A stretch of 64,000 nt of DNA from Methanobacteriota archaeon (GCA_963720465.1 OY970393.1:416001-480000), one strand, 5' to 3'; shown: positions 23,260-34,629, counted from the stretch's first letter. Notes: a model not told the origin generated them from the letters alone. Numbers and translations: made by a program.

Positions 23260-23996
23260 GCCAGCCCCAGTAGCTTGTGCACTTGCGGTATGATCCTCAC
23301 CTGGCTTAAATGTCTAGCAGCGACATCCATCATCTGAAAGAGCACAGCGCTATCCGGCGGAACAGCGCGCAGCGTATGAGTAACTGGCTGCAGCACCAGA
23401 AGTAGATCGGTGCTGATCTCCGCGAGGCGCTGCGCAACGAATTCAATCATCTCGCTCGAAGTTTGCTTTAGTACAACGACTTTAATAAAAACGTCAGTTT
23501 GGGAAAGGTAGAATTCCTGGATGGTGCGTAGCTCTTCCCGAAGCAACAAATCATAAGTGGGACTAGCACCGTGTTCGGGCAGTTTTATATCGCACGCAGC
23601 AACGTCCACCGCGTGTTTGAGGCGCCGCGCGCCGCGCGAGTCCATTCCGTTGGTCTCAAGATACAGGGGTTTGGGCAGCTCTTGTGCAAGCTCTAAGATG
23701 AACTCTGTATAAAGCAAGGGTTCGCCGCCAGTCAAGCTAAGATGCGTTGTAGCTGGGGTCCACAAGCTTTCCGTAAGTTTAGCGAGATTGTTCGCTGAAA
23801 TCGGATTGTGAAGTTGATGTGCGGTATTGCACCTCACCCGACTTCCGCTCTTGCAGGGTCTCGCAGACGCTGAATCACAATAAATGCACGTAAGCGGACA
23901 CCCTTGGAATCTAACGAAAACTTGGCGCGTTCCGATATAGGGCCCCTCCCCTTGCATCGAGTTGAACACTTCAAAAACGCTTGCTGTCGCTACCAT
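23256..23996 (-). CDS. queE: 7-carboxy-7-deazaguanine synthase (radical SAM)
   Basis: [35 protein letters not shown]. Confidence 0.93.
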   Translation of the reverse strand: MVATASVFEVFNSMQGEGPYIGTRQVFVRFQGCPLTCIYCDSASARPCKSGSRVRCNTAHQLHNPISANNLAKLTESLWTPATTHLSLTGGEPLLYTEFILELAQELPKPLYLETNGMDSRGARRLKHAVDVAACDIKLPEHGASPTYDLLLREELRTIQEFYLSQTDVFIKVVVLKQTSSEMIEFVAQRLAEISTDLLLVLQPVTHTLRAVPPDSAVLFQMMDVAARHLSQVRIIPQVHKLLGLA

Positions 23997-24011
23997 TTTT
24001 GCTGTTACGAA

Positions 24012-24698
24012 TTAGATATCGCCTAGCCGTTTTTGCAGAGGGTCTTCCTTATTCAAGTCCTGAAAGGCGCGGCGTCTGCGGAGACAGGACTCGCAAACAC
24101 GACACGGAACGTCTTCAGCGGTGTAGCACGACCATGACCATTCGAGAGGCGCTCCAATGCGCAAGCCGAGTGCCGCGATCTTTGCTTTGTCGTATTCTAT
24201 AAGCGGGGCGACAACCTCTACTTGAGTTAGAGCAGCGTATTGCAACACATGGTTGAAAGAAGTCACGAAATCGGCAGAGTTATCCGGGAACGTTTCAGCC
24301 TCCTCTTTATTGAATCCGACGACAACAGTTTCATAGTGATAATTTTCGCAAAATGCAGTCGCAATTGAAAGAAAAACCGCATTTCGCGCAGGCACCCATA
24401 CGGCTTTTGCAGTTTCACGTACTGCTGCATAATCTTCAAGCGTCTCTTTGGTGAGCTGTGGCAGTTCGTTGTCATCGGTCAACGCTCCCTCAAAACTCGC
24501 ATACCACGGCAATTCGATGATATGATGGCTTACGCGGTACGCCGCGCATATTTTGGAAGCAAATTCGATTTCTTTGACACGCGCCTTCTGACCGTAATCG
24601 AACGTTAGGCACTTAACACTGTCATAGGCGTCATACGCAAGTTTGAAGGATACTACCGAGTCCAGGCCTGCTGACAGCAAAACAACGGCTCGTGACAT
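24012..24698 (-). CDS. queC: 7-cyano-7-deazaguanine synthase
   Basis: SAGLDS, FDYGQ, VPARN, SCY..CRVCESC. Confidence 0.95.
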   Translation of the reverse strand: MSRAVVLLSAGLDSVVSFKLAYDAYDSVKCLTFDYGQKARVKEIEFASKICAAYRVSHHIIELPWYASFEGALTDDNELPQLTKETLEDYAAVRETAKAVWVPARNAVFLSIATAFCENYHYETVVVGFNKEEAETFPDNSADFVTSFNHVLQYAALTQVEVVAPLIEYDKAKIAALGLRIGAPLEWSWSCYTAEDVPCRVCESCLRRRRAFQDLNKEDPLQKRLGDI

Positions 24699-24768
24699 CT
24701 TGACGCCTCGCACTCGCAGAGTTCTATTAGGCAAAGCATTAATTAAAATTGCCTGTTCATTTATTCAC

Positions 24769-25041
24769 ATGTACAAAACTGCTGAGATTCTTGTGTCCGG
24801 CTATGTACAAGCCGTCGGCTACCGCCTGTATACTAAGCGATATGCAGATCATTTGGGCGTCACTGGTTTTGTTCAAAACTTGCCTGACGGAAACGTGAGA
24901 GTAGTAGCATCAGGCGCTGAAGAGGATCTCGCACGTTTTATCGAGCAGTTGCGAGAGGGCCCACGAGCGGCAATAGTTAAAGGCGTTAATGTGACGTGGA
25001 AGAATGGAGAGAACACCTGCAAAGAATTTGTTATGAGGTGA
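24769..25041 (+). CDS. acyP: Acylphosphatase
   Basis: VSGYVQAVGYR, GFVQNLPDGNV. Confidence 0.93.
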   Translation: MYKTAEILVSGYVQAVGYRLYTKRYADHLGVTGFVQNLPDGNVRVVASGAEEDLARFIEQLREGPRAAIVKGVNVTWKNGENTCKEFVMR

Positions 25042-25446
25042 GCCGCGCTGCGCATCCCTGAGGTAGGTCGGACCATGTTCAGTGGCCTCGCCCTGTAGTT
25101 TCGCTCTTTACCAAGTCGAAGTCTTCCATCTTGCAAGGATGCAGTCTCGTTCATTGGTTGTTAAAGTTAGGTGTAGCGCAACTTCCGAAACTTCCACACC
25201 TACTTTGCGGCCTACATCATTGAGATAAGGTCTATCTAGATTAACCGCAGATCTTATGCAATAATGAGCCTGCGAGGTCAAGCGAGCCATGAGGGCTGAA
25301 CCCTGCTCTCTCGCTATCGTCGTGTGCGTTTTAGTCACGTCTCAGTATGTTGTAGGCAAGCGTCTTGAGAAGGACGAATGCAAGTCACGCTGCCAATTCC
25401 CAAATGCTTTTCTAGGACGACAATGATGTGCGCAACACTCGACGGA

Positions 25447-27105
25447 TTATGTCCATCGTCGCCGGGAATCGGTCATTATATCGACAAGCGTCGGTTTTTT
25501 CGCGGAGAGAGCATTTTTTAACGTCTCTTTCAGATCTTGTGGGCCGTCAACCGTAAATCCCTCCCCTCCGCAGGAGTCTGCGTAGTGGGCAAAATCGATC
25601 CTGTGCAAGTCGGTGGCAAAATGCGGGACGCCCGCTTCATCCTGCTCGTGTTCAATCATGGCGAGTTTGGCGTTGTCCAGCAATACAACGGTTAGGGGCA
25701 GCTCGTTGACTACGGCAGTGGCGAAGTCGCCCATTACCATCGTGAAGCCCCCGTCGCCGGTCGTACAGACGACTTGGCGCTCAGGGTACACTAGTTGTGC
25801 AGCCAGTGCTGCGGGCAGGCCAAACCCCATAGAGGCAACATATCCGGATATCAAGATTTCTTGATCTGTTGCCACGAAGTTGCGGGCAAACCAGAGCGTA
25901 TTATCACCGACGTCGTTTGCAATGACGGCATCGTGATCGATAACCTCTTGCAGGGCGTCCATTACTTGTGGCCCTCGCACAGGCGACGCGTCAGAAGCGA
26001 TTTCTTGCTGCTTTTTTTGCTCCCAGCGTTTCTTGATGCGGGCCACCTGATCCAAGTACCCATCCGCGTGCTTATCGGTCACTTTCTCGTGCAACGCAGG
26101 CATTACCATCGCTGCGTCTCCGACGAGTCCAACGCTCACGGGGAACTTCCGCCCGATCATGATAGGTTCGAGATCAATCTGAACTTGCGATATATATGAC
26201 GGCACCGCGGTGTTGTCTGAATAAGAGCACCCAACGGTGACCAGCAAATCCGCGCCAAACACCACTCTCTTCGCGGGATCGGTCCCAATATCCCCCATTA
26301 CACCTAAAGCGAGGGCATGATCCTCTGGAATGACGCCTTTGGCTTTGTATGTCGTGGCAACCGGGGCATCGATCTTTTCCGCTAGGAGTAAGACGGAGTC
26401 TCTTTGTCTTCGAGCGCCGTATCCAACGATCAAAACAGGCCTTTCCGCCGCATCAATGGCATTTACTGCCGCCGTAATCAGCTGCGGATGAGGCATCAGT
26501 CGCAAATCGGGCAATCGTCCTTCTTTCGGCTTAGTTTTGACGTTGGGAAGCACAGGGAGCGTCTGCACGTTCGTTGGTACGCCCAGATGAGAGACGCTGC
26601 GCCCGACAATCGCTCGCTTCATCGCTAACGTGAGAAGCTCGGTTACTTGCTCTGGTGAGTCAATTACCTCATTGAAATCGGCGACTGCCTCAAAAAGCGC
26701 GTGTTGATCGATCTCTTGGAACGATCCCAAGCCCAAGAACTGCAGCCCAACTTGTCCAGTGAGGGCCAACACCGGTGCGTGGTCCATTTTTGCATCATAG
26801 AGACCGGTGACTAAGTTCGTTGCTCCTGGTCCGGCTATAGAGAGACAGACTCCTAAGTCATTGGTGAGCTTCGCATACGCAGACGCCATGAAGGCGGCGA
26901 CTTCCTCGTGCCGCACGAGTATAAAGCGTATCTGGTCGCTTCTCCTCCTGATTGCGTCAACGATCTGAAGCGATGTCTCGCCGGGAATTCCGTAGACCTG
27001 TTTTACGCCCCATTCAACGAGCTGCTCAACGATTATGTCGGCCACAAGTCGCTGGGTCTCACCTTCTGCCATCTCGCCACTCACGTCTGCCACGCCTCCT
27101 TTCAT
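25447..27105 (-). CDS. Thiamine-diphosphate enzyme, pyruvate oxidase-like
   Basis: YGIPGET, RHEEVAAF, GPGATN, FQEID, GDGGF..N ThDP motif. Confidence 0.88.
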   Translation of the reverse strand: MKGGVADVSGEMAEGETQRLVADIIVEQLVEWGVKQVYGIPGETSLQIVDAIRRRSDQIRFILVRHEEVAAFMASAYAKLTNDLGVCLSIAGPGATNLVTGLYDAKMDHAPVLALTGQVGLQFLGLGSFQEIDQHALFEAVADFNEVIDSPEQVTELLTLAMKRAIVGRSVSHLGVPTNVQTLPVLPNVKTKPKEGRLPDLRLMPHPQLITAAVNAIDAAERPVLIVGYGARRQRDSVLLLAEKIDAPVATTYKAKGVIPEDHALALGVMGDIGTDPAKRVVFGADLLVTVGCSYSDNTAVPSYISQVQIDLEPIMIGRKFPVSVGLVGDAAMVMPALHEKVTDKHADGYLDQVARIKKRWEQKKQQEIASDASPVRGPQVMDALQEVIDHDAVIANDVGDNTLWFARNFVATDQEILISGYVASMGFGLPAALAAQLVYPERQVVCTTGDGGFTMVMGDFATAVVNELPLTVVLLDNAKLAMIEHEQDEAGVPHFATDLHRIDFAHYADSCGGEGFTVDGPQDLKETLKNALSAKKPTLVDIMTDSRRRWT

Positions 27106-27390
27106 GTCGGCTAAAGACCGATTACTCGCAAGCCTCGTGCTGAACAAAAATAAGGGTCGCGCGGGGCTCGATGCCAAGTTTGTTCAAGCAGCTGTGACTA
27201 CTTAAAGATTGCACGCAAAAAAAGCCCGATAAGCAGCTGGTTTGAGACACACGCACGACAATTGCGGCACTACTGGCGTATTATAAAATGTGTTAAATGT
27301 GTTCGGACGCTGCCCGCTGGCTCACTTTGGATTGCATGCGCGTGACGCGATTTCGGCGCCAATTGCGACAGCTCTGAGGCCTGAGCCGAG

Positions 27391-28626
27391 TCACGTCACT
27401 ATCGGATAAGTCACACCTGACAGTTCGCTTGTATCGGACGTTAGGGCAACCAAATCGTGCACATCTAGCCTGTGCACGTCACCCTTGCCTACCGCTCTCG
27501 AAATATCGGCAAGTTCCAGCGTCGAAACTCGGATGAAATTAGCAAGCTTCCAGGCGCCGCGATCGATGCTGAATCGCTTGACGAGGTCGGGGTCCTGCGT
27601 CGTTGTCCCAGTAGGACATTGGTTGGTTTCACATATGCGGTAGTATTCACAGGACATTGCCCAGAGCGCCGCTGTTGCGATGTAGACTGCGTCCGCCCCC
27701 AGCGCTAAGCACTTTGCAAAATCACCGGACGTGCGCAATCCTCCTGCCGCGATGAGCTCCGCGTGTTGTCGGTACCCAACCTCCCTAAGATACTGATGCG
27801 CCCGAGGCAGCAAGTTAATGAGGGGCAGCCCGAAATTGTCTCGGATATGGTTAAGGGGGGCGCCGCTGCCCCCTCCAAACCCGTCAACGACTATGTAGTC
27901 GGGCTCCGCATAAATGATTGCGTCGAGGTCTTTCTGGACATGTCCGCCCGCAAACTTAATGCCCACCGGCTTGCCCTCTGTTGTGTCTCGCAGCGTGTCT
28001 ATCTTCTGCTTAAGATCTTCGGCGCTACTGACATCTGGGTGCCGCGCGGGGCTTCGCGCGTCGGTACCCGCGGATATACCACGGGTCGTAGCGATAAGTT
28101 CGGTAACTTTGCTGGCCGGAACTAGGCTCCCGGTGGCAGGGTACGCTGATTGACTGATCCGAAATTCGATCATGTCTGCTTGTTTGAGCCGTTCATCCCA
28201 GACGCCAAAATGGCCGGTCGAGTATTGCAGCGTGAGGTACTTAGCGGATTCTCGCTCTTCGTCGAGCATACCGCCCTCCCCGGTATTTGCCGCCGTGCCC
28301 GCGAGCGTTGACGCTTTCGCAAGGGCGATCTTCTGTTCTTTGTTTAAGGCGCCGAAACTCATTCCCGAGATCAGTATTGGCGTTTCGAGCTGAATCGGCT
28401 TCTTCGAGCGTTTACCAATCGTCGTGCTCGTGTTGACTTGCTCCTCCGAGTTTAAGGGGAAGAGGTACAGTTGTGCCGGAAGGAAATTGAGCATGTCAAG
28501 GCTTGCTCGGATCGGCTTCATCGACCCCATGCCTTCCCGCAGTGATTTGTTCAGCGTTGCGGTCTTTTTAACGTCAAGAATTTTTTTGTACTCCAAAGGA
28601 TGCTCGTAATACATCATCTCTCGCAT
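27391..28626 (-). CDS. FMN-binding glutamate synthase family protein (stand-alone FMN/3Fe-4S domain)
   Basis: MSFGAL, NTGEGG, CEYYRICETNQCPTGTTTQDP. Confidence 0.9.
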   Translation of the reverse strand: MREMMYYEHPLEYKKILDVKKTATLNKSLREGMGSMKPIRASLDMLNFLPAQLYLFPLNSEEQVNTSTTIGKRSKKPIQLETPILISGMSFGALNKEQKIALAKASTLAGTAANTGEGGMLDEERESAKYLTLQYSTGHFGVWDERLKQADMIEFRISQSAYPATGSLVPASKVTELIATTRGISAGTDARSPARHPDVSSAEDLKQKIDTLRDTTEGKPVGIKFAGGHVQKDLDAIIYAEPDYIVVDGFGGGSGAPLNHIRDNFGLPLINLLPRAHQYLREVGYRQHAELIAAGGLRTSGDFAKCLALGADAVYIATAALWAMSCEYYRICETNQCPTGTTTQDPDLVKRFSIDRGAWKLANFIRVSTLELADISRAVGKGDVHRLDVHDLVALTSDTSELSGVTYPIVT

Positions 28627-28784
28627 GATTACCTCTCGGCTTCTGCGCCGCTTATCACAGTGGATGAGTTATATTTATTGGTTTCTAGCCCCTATAACAG
28701 AGCGGAACACCCAGGAACTGCGGCAGGAGCGTCACGATTCGTGAAATTTACGCACGTTTTTTGCCTGACACGCGGAGGGGGCAC

Positions 28785-29183
28785 ATGGCAACTAGTACGA
28801 GACGAAACAGGTTGGCTGAGAGTAGGCGTCAGTTGACGAAACTGCTGATCATTGCGGCTTTGATTAAATATGGACTTCAGATAGGCGACATTGACGTTGG
28901 GAAAGTTGTCCAAGACGACATTGACGAAGCAGCTGATCTTGCCAAACACGGTTCCGTCCACGTTCCAACGGTCTTGATTAACGTCAAGCAATTCGACCGT
29001 TTCGAGCGCTACGTTCCGGCTTGGTTGCGTTTATCTATCGAAACAGGTGTATTGGACGTTCTCGACACGCTCGATAGCGGGGAGATCATTATCGGTTTGC
29101 CGCATGACACGGAAAAACGATGTATCGTGATCCCAAGCAGGATAGCGAAAGAGTTTAAGGAGCTGAACGCGCCAACTGCGTGA
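28785..29183 (+). CDS. Hypothetical protein
   Basis: GGAGG Shine-Dalgarno before ATG; clean ORF. Confidence 0.6.
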   Translation: MATSTRRNRLAESRRQLTKLLIIAALIKYGLQIGDIDVGKVVQDDIDEAADLAKHGSVHVPTVLINVKQFDRFERYVPAWLRLSIETGVLDVLDTLDSGEIIIGLPHDTEKRCIVIPSRIAKEFKELNAPTA

Positions 29184-29306
29184 GCGACGTGAATGAAGCG
29201 CGGGAAGAGGCAAGCCGAATGAGTTTTGGGCTAAGGCCCCACCGCACTGGCGTACTCTAGTGAAGATGGACCACCAGAACGGGCGTCGGTCGCTACAGGA
29301 AGCTTT

Positions 29307-29795
29307 ATGTCCGCCGCGCTCTTCGTAGCAAGCGTGCGGAAGACGATCGTGCTAACGCTGTGCATCTTGTCGTGCTGCTGCCTAGTCAGCGGCTGCACGG
29401 GCAGTGCGCCGAATCAGACGGCAAGTAGCCAGGGATCGAACAGTCCCCAGGCATCGCAACTCTCAGTGAGTTCGGCTCTGACGGCGCTCGGCGAGCCGGT
29501 GTCGATTCAAGCGACCTTGAAGGATGGAAACGGGCGGGCCTTGGATGGCAAGATCGTCGAATGGTTCATCGATGGCGTGTCAGTCGGAAAAAGCCAGGTG
29601 AAGAGCGGGGTCACGATGATGAACCTAACTGGCGAGTACGTCGAAAACTTAGGCATCAACGCACATCAGGTGCGGGTGAGTTTCTACGGAGACGCAAGTT
29701 ACGATAGTAGCACCGCTACTTCATTTTTGCAGGTTACGGCGACCGGTGCGCCAGAGGAAGTAGCTTCGTCCAATTCCACAGCGAGTGCTGTTTGA
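29307..29795 (+). CDS. Predicted lipoprotein with Ig-like domain
   Basis: Lipobox LVSGC; VSFYGDASYDSS Ig-like motif; paralog of 33859-34629. Confidence 0.75.
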   Translation: MSAALFVASVRKTIVLTLCILSCCCLVSGCTGSAPNQTASSQGSNSPQASQLSVSSALTALGEPVSIQATLKDGNGRALDGKIVEWFIDGVSVGKSQVKSGVTMMNLTGEYVENLGINAHQVRVSFYGDASYDSSTATSFLQVTATGAPEEVASSNSTASAV

Positions 29796-29932
29796 GCGTT
29801 CTGCCAAACGTCGAGCGCAAGCTACTCTGATTTGCGCGCTGCTGTTCCGTTTCTAGTGCAACAAGATTGGGACGAGCACTCACGCAAGCTCGACGTACAT
29901 ACGACGGGGGTTTCTCCGCGCGTCGTTGAGCG

Positions 29933-30070
29933 TCAGTCGATCTTCGTTTCGTTTACGTATCGCGAAAAGTTCGGGTTTTTGAGGTCAATGAGATCTAGAA
30001 AAGTCTCAAAATCTTCCTCAAATTCTAGCCCAAAGAGCTCGGTCTCAAAGGTCGATGCTTGACAATTCAT
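29933..30070 (-). CDS. Small acidic protein (45 aa), probably leaderless
   Basis: Manual translation; TTTAAGTA TATA-like box 24 nt upstream of ATG. Confidence 0.5.
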   Translation of the reverse strand: MNCQASTFETELFGLEFEEDFETFLDLIDLKNPNFSRYVNETKID

Positions 30071-30313
30071 TTCTCGTAATTGGATTCTAGCTCCTACTTA
30101 AAGCTTTTCTTTTGCTTAGAAAGCAAAAAAACGGCGCTGTAGTCTCCATACCGGCAGATCCCGCATATAGAACGCGCGAGCGCTAAAGCCGCACTCCAAT
30201 GGAAACATTGCTAGCGCGGACTGGCTAAACGCGTTGCTGTAACGGTCTATAGTGCATCCCAGTCAGTTCAACGGTGGAGAAGGTTATATAGGACATCTGT
30301 AGGTTCATGGTCG

Positions 30314-30604
30314 ATGAACCCTGAGATAGACTTGAATCAGCTCGTCGACGAGTTTTTGCGATTTGAAAAATACGTGGAAGAGTCTAAACTCTACGAACGC
30401 GTAGTCGCAGCGCCGTCGTTGTCAGACGATCAGTTATTTCTTGAACAAGACTGGCAACGGTTCGTGGCGTACAAGTACAATCAGGCGGGAGAACGCGATG
30501 GTCTCCAAGACGCGATACGGAACGGTTACGTTTTGCTGCTCGAGAAGCTCACCGAGCTGGCCCAGCAGGCCGGTTCGCAGCACAGCGAGCTCGACAAAGA
30601 GTAG
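30314..30604 (+). CDS. Hypothetical protein
   Basis: ORF with TTATATA box upstream. Confidence 0.6.
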   Translation: MNPEIDLNQLVDEFLRFEKYVEESKLYERVVAAPSLSDDQLFLEQDWQRFVAYKYNQAGERDGLQDAIRNGYVLLLEKLTELAQQAGSQHSELDKE

Positions 30605-30787
30605 CAACAGCGGCTAAGATCGGTGCTTCGCGTCTGGCAGCGAGGGTAACGTCGCCTTTTTCGCGTGCGAAAGCTTCATGGCTCGCGATATCCTTGATTT
30701 TGCCTCGGTTGTTTACGCTCAAATTGGCTCAAACCTAAATACGTGGCGGTGCTAGATTGCCAATAACATCCCACCGAGGCAAAGAGA

Positions 30788-31150
30788 ATGAAGGTAGAGA
30801 AACTGAGACAGCTCTTCAAAACAGTTCTTTCAGAAATGAAGAGGGAGCTGAAGAGCTACACGTGGCTTTTTTGCGCTGAGCGCGGTTATTGCATCAACGA
30901 TTCACTCTTGGTTGTGGACGATGCAGGACTTTTGCCGGCAATTCGCGTCGCTTTAACCCCTGCGTTGCGGTACGAACTGCCACAGCTTGCGGACCTTGCC
31001 GCTGAACTCGAGCATGACCTCACCAACATCGTCTTCGACTGCGCCTATAATACGAGGCACAAGATAGGCGCGGAAGATCTGAAGACGATCGGGCATATTC
31101 CGTATGTCAGTGAGCATATCTGGCGACTAATGACCGTGCCACAAAACTAG
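30788..31150 (+). CDS. Hypothetical protein
   Basis: Clean ORF filling the intergenic space. Confidence 0.55.
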   Translation: MKVEKLRQLFKTVLSEMKRELKSYTWLFCAERGYCINDSLLVVDDAGLLPAIRVALTPALRYELPQLADLAAELEHDLTNIVFDCAYNTRHKIGAEDLKTIGHIPYVSEHIWRLMTVPQN

Positions 31151-31273
31151 TCTGGCCCGTATTCGACGCCTTGTCTGGCCGCTCATTGTTCTAAGACGAC
31201 AGAGCTTTTTTAGCGCTCACGCCCTCCGGCCCTAATAGAAATGCTTTTATACGGTTTAATATCATTGCGTGAC

Positions 31274-31287
31274 GGAAGTAGGTTTCC
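31274..31287. promoter_or_regulatory. NrpR operator (GGAA-N6-TTCC) upstream of amtB
   Basis: GGAA gtaggt TTCC just downstream of a TTTTATA box (~31247) and upstream of amtB-glnK. Confidence 0.8.
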
Positions 31288-31341
31288 TACTTCTTACTTT
31301 CCGCACACGTAAGATTTGTGGATTTGAACACGGAGGAACAG

Positions 31342-32562
31342 ATGGTTATTGCCGTTCTCAGTTCGGGAGATACCGCGTGGATGCTTATGTCCACGGCTCT
31401 CGTGATGTTGATGACGATTCCTGGATTGGCCTTGTTCTATGGCGGGCTCGTAAAAAAAGAGACCGTCTTGAATACCCTCTTCCTGTCTTTTTCGGCGTAC
31501 GCTATGGTGAGCATCATCTGGTTCATTTATGGATACCCCCTAGTGTTTGGCCCTGACGTGCACGGGTTTATCGGCGCTCCAGGAAACTTCTTCTTCCATA
31601 ATGTGGTGGAATCGAATACGTTGGTTGGGTCGATACCGACGAGCGTTTACGCGGCTTTCGAAATGACGTTCGCGGCGATCACCGTAGCTCTTATCTCGGG
31701 CGCTATCATCGGACGGATGAAGTTCAGCGCGTGGATGCTGTTTGTTCCGCTGTGGGCCACTTTCGTCTACCTTCCTGTCGCTCACTGGGTATGGGGCGGC
31801 GGGTGGCTCGCACAACTCGGCGCCCTTGATTTCGCTGGTGGCACCGTCGTTCACATCAACAGCGGCGTTGCGGCGTTAGCCCTCTGTTTGGTGCTCAGAG
31901 GCCGAAAAGAGCGAAGCATGCTGCCACACCAGCTCGGATATGCGATCATAGGTGCCGGTCTGCTTTGGTTTGGGTGGTTCGGTTTCAACGCTGGATCCGC
32001 GCTCTCTGCCGGGCCGCTCGCCGGCTCAGCGTTCATCGTTACGAACACCTCCGCGGCTGCGGGCATGCTCTCATGGATGCTGATCGAATACCTTCGATTC
32101 GGCAAAGCGACCATGTTAGGCGCGGCCTCAGGCATTGTCGCGGGCTTGGTCGCGATCACGCCGGCGGCGGGATTCGTCAACATCCCTGCTGCTATGGTGA
32201 TCGGCTTCGTCACCTCCATTGTGTCGTACACTGCGATCTCTTACCTCAAGCCGCGGCTCGGCTACGACGATGCGCTCGATGTGTTTGGCGTGCACGGGAT
32301 CTCAGGCATTTGGGGTGCACTCGCTGTTGGGATCTTTGCGAGTCCGTTTATCAACGCGGCGGGAACTGGCCTCGCCTATGGCCATCCTGCACAGCTGGAG
32401 ATACAGGCTATAGCGGTGGCTGCAACGTTTGCGTACTCCTTCGTGGTCACGTTGATCATCGCTAAAGCGATCGACCTTACCATCGGGCTGCGCGTGAGCG
32501 AAGAGCAAGAGGCTCAGGGCTTAGATCAGGCACTGCACGACGAGGCTGCGTATCATATATAA
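31342..32562 (+). CDS. amtB: Ammonium transporter
   Basis: [36 protein letters not shown]. Confidence 0.97.
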   Translation: MVIAVLSSGDTAWMLMSTALVMLMTIPGLALFYGGLVKKETVLNTLFLSFSAYAMVSIIWFIYGYPLVFGPDVHGFIGAPGNFFFHNVVESNTLVGSIPTSVYAAFEMTFAAITVALISGAIIGRMKFSAWMLFVPLWATFVYLPVAHWVWGGGWLAQLGALDFAGGTVVHINSGVAALALCLVLRGRKERSMLPHQLGYAIIGAGLLWFGWFGFNAGSALSAGPLAGSAFIVTNTSAAAGMLSWMLIEYLRFGKATMLGAASGIVAGLVAITPAAGFVNIPAAMVIGFVTSIVSYTAISYLKPRLGYDDALDVFGVHGISGIWGALAVGIFASPFINAAGTGLAYGHPAQLEIQAIAVAATFAYSFVVTLIIAKAIDLTIGLRVSEEQEAQGLDQALHDEAAYHI

Positions 32563-32598
32563 TCTCCGGATGCGTTAGCAAGGATTTGACAGAGGTGA

Positions 32599-32940
<342 letters not shown>

Positions 32941-32951
32941 GCAGCACCGCT

Positions 32952-32982
32952 GGTGATGGCGTGCCCATCACCTCTCTTTTTT
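32952..32982 (+). terminator. Hairpin plus T-tract terminator after glnK
   Basis: GGTGATGG-cgtgc-CCATCACC then tctctttttt. Confidence 0.7.
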
Positions 32983-33032
32983 AATCAGGTTCTCCGTTCC
33001 GACAGCGCATCCGCGCTGCGCCACGCTGCTTG

Positions 33033-33452
33033 TTACATCGCTCGAGTTTCGGCGTCAAAGCTGAAAGAGCGATCAACGACGTCAGCTGGTTCGAGGACCC
33101 AGACTCCCTTAAGGTCGATGGTACGTGCCCGTAATTCATCGAGAAACTTCTCGTACAGTGGACCAGCGGTTTGGAACTCTATAACAGAGCAGATGACCTG
33201 ATAGGCGATCTCACGCTCTCCGCTTGCTGAGACGCACAAGATAGACACCAAGGTGCTGGTTTCCATATGGCGCAGGAGCTCTTGGTCGAATTGTGCTCCT
33301 CCTGGCTGAGCCAGCACAATGATATTTGGCTCAGGCGCTTTCACTCCTCGAATATTCACAAGGCTGACCGTGCCATCAAGGGCAGTCGTTGCGAGCGTCT
33401 TAACCGCACTGCGATCGTTCAGTAACCGCACAGCTTCATCGGGAAGATCCAT
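33033..33452 (-). CDS. Pyridoxamine 5'-phosphate oxidase-like split-barrel protein
   Basis: AVKTLATTALDG, AYQV, FQTAGPLYEK. Confidence 0.7.
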   Translation of the reverse strand: MDLPDEAVRLLNDRSAVKTLATTALDGTVSLVNIRGVKAPEPNIIVLAQPGGAQFDQELLRHMETSTLVSILCVSASGEREIAYQVICSVIEFQTAGPLYEKFLDELRARTIDLKGVWVLEPADVVDRSFSFDAETRAM

Positions 33453-33489
33453 ATCGAGAACAGTCGTTCACATCGCCGAGCGCACTGCG

Positions 33490-33723
33490 CTAGTCTTTGT
33501 CTAGTTCAGAGACGTATAACACATTGTTGCCGCGCAGAATGAGTTTGCCGAATGCTGTGCGCCGGTGATTTCTGCATTGCTCAGCTTCGTCAAGCGAAAT
33601 GTTCCAGTGTGGGTCGTACCCCAGAAACGTTCCTGTGAAAACTTGCGCGCCCTTTAACCGTACGGTGACATTCTTGCCGATGTTGCGAGACAACACGTCA
33701 AAAGGTCTTTTAGTCTGCGTCAT
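33490..33723 (-). CDS. Sm-like archaeal protein (LSm)
   Basis: RPFDVL, GYDPHWNISL, LRGNNVLYVS. Confidence 0.92.
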   Translation of the reverse strand: MTQTKRPFDVLSRNIGKNVTVRLKGAQVFTGTFLGYDPHWNISLDEAEQCRNHRRTAFGKLILRGNNVLYVSELDKD

Positions 33724-33858
33724 ACTCTGTCAGAACCGCTCAGTAGCCTACGGATTGAGCGGACCACTCGCGTTAAGACTCTTCGTTCACCTACATAAAA
33801 CATGGTACTCCTGAGGTCTGCATAATCTTTATCTCGTGAAATGGGAGAGTGATAGAAG

Positions 33859-34629
33859 ATGCTGAAGCTTGTTGTTGTCTTAGCCTCGATTTTGCTCATC
33901 GCGGTCTCCGTGGGCTGTCTACAACAAGCGAACACGAACGCGCCGTTATCGACCTCCTTAGCGACAACGACGCTAACGATCAGCGCACCACTCGTTAACC
34001 AGAGCGAGTATGCGACGTTTGCGTGTCAGCTCAACGTGACGCACGGCCCAGGCTTGAACAACAAGGCGATCCGCTGGTCTATCGACAACGTGAACAAAAA
34101 TACCACGAGCACCGTATGGGGGTACGCGACGTTGAACTTGACCATACCCGAAACTCAGGGCTTATCGATCGGCAAGCACGTTCTCACGGCTTCTTTTGAC
34201 GGTGATGCTAACTACACGCCGTCGCACGCAACGACGACGTTCCAGGTGCAGATCGCCCCGACGCCGAGCCCGAATGCTTCTTCGAATGTGACGAAGGAAA
34301 ACGCATCAGTAACGCTGAGCGTGCCTTCCACGGTGCAACCGGGGGATGCTATCCTTACCGGCACGTTCTCAGGAATGAGCAGCAGCAGCAGCCTCTACGT
34401 GCTGGTCAGACCTACCGGAAACGACACGTGGATTGTGCAACAGGTCCCACTCACTTACGCCAATGGTACGTACGCCGACCACGTGAATTTTAATACACAC
34501 GGGAACAGCAACAGTCAACAGTTTGACCTGCTGGCCATCATCACCTCGAACACCCTTAACGCGGGGGACAGCATCACGAAGCTGCCAAAAACGCTCGCGC
34601 AGAACCAAGTGACAACCACGGTGCAATGA
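33859..34629 (+). CDS. Predicted lipoprotein with two Ig-like domains
   Basis: Lipobox VSVGC; ASFDGDANYTPS. Confidence 0.78.
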   Translation: MLKLVVVLASILLIAVSVGCLQQANTNAPLSTSLATTTLTISAPLVNQSEYATFACQLNVTHGPGLNNKAIRWSIDNVNKNTTSTVWGYATLNLTIPETQGLSIGKHVLTASFDGDANYTPSHATTTFQVQIAPTPSPNASSNVTKENASVTLSVPSTVQPGDAILTGTFSGMSSSSSLYVLVRPTGNDTWIVQQVPLTYANGTYADHVNFNTHGNSNSQQFDLLAIITSNTLNAGDSITKLPKTLAQNQVTTTVQ

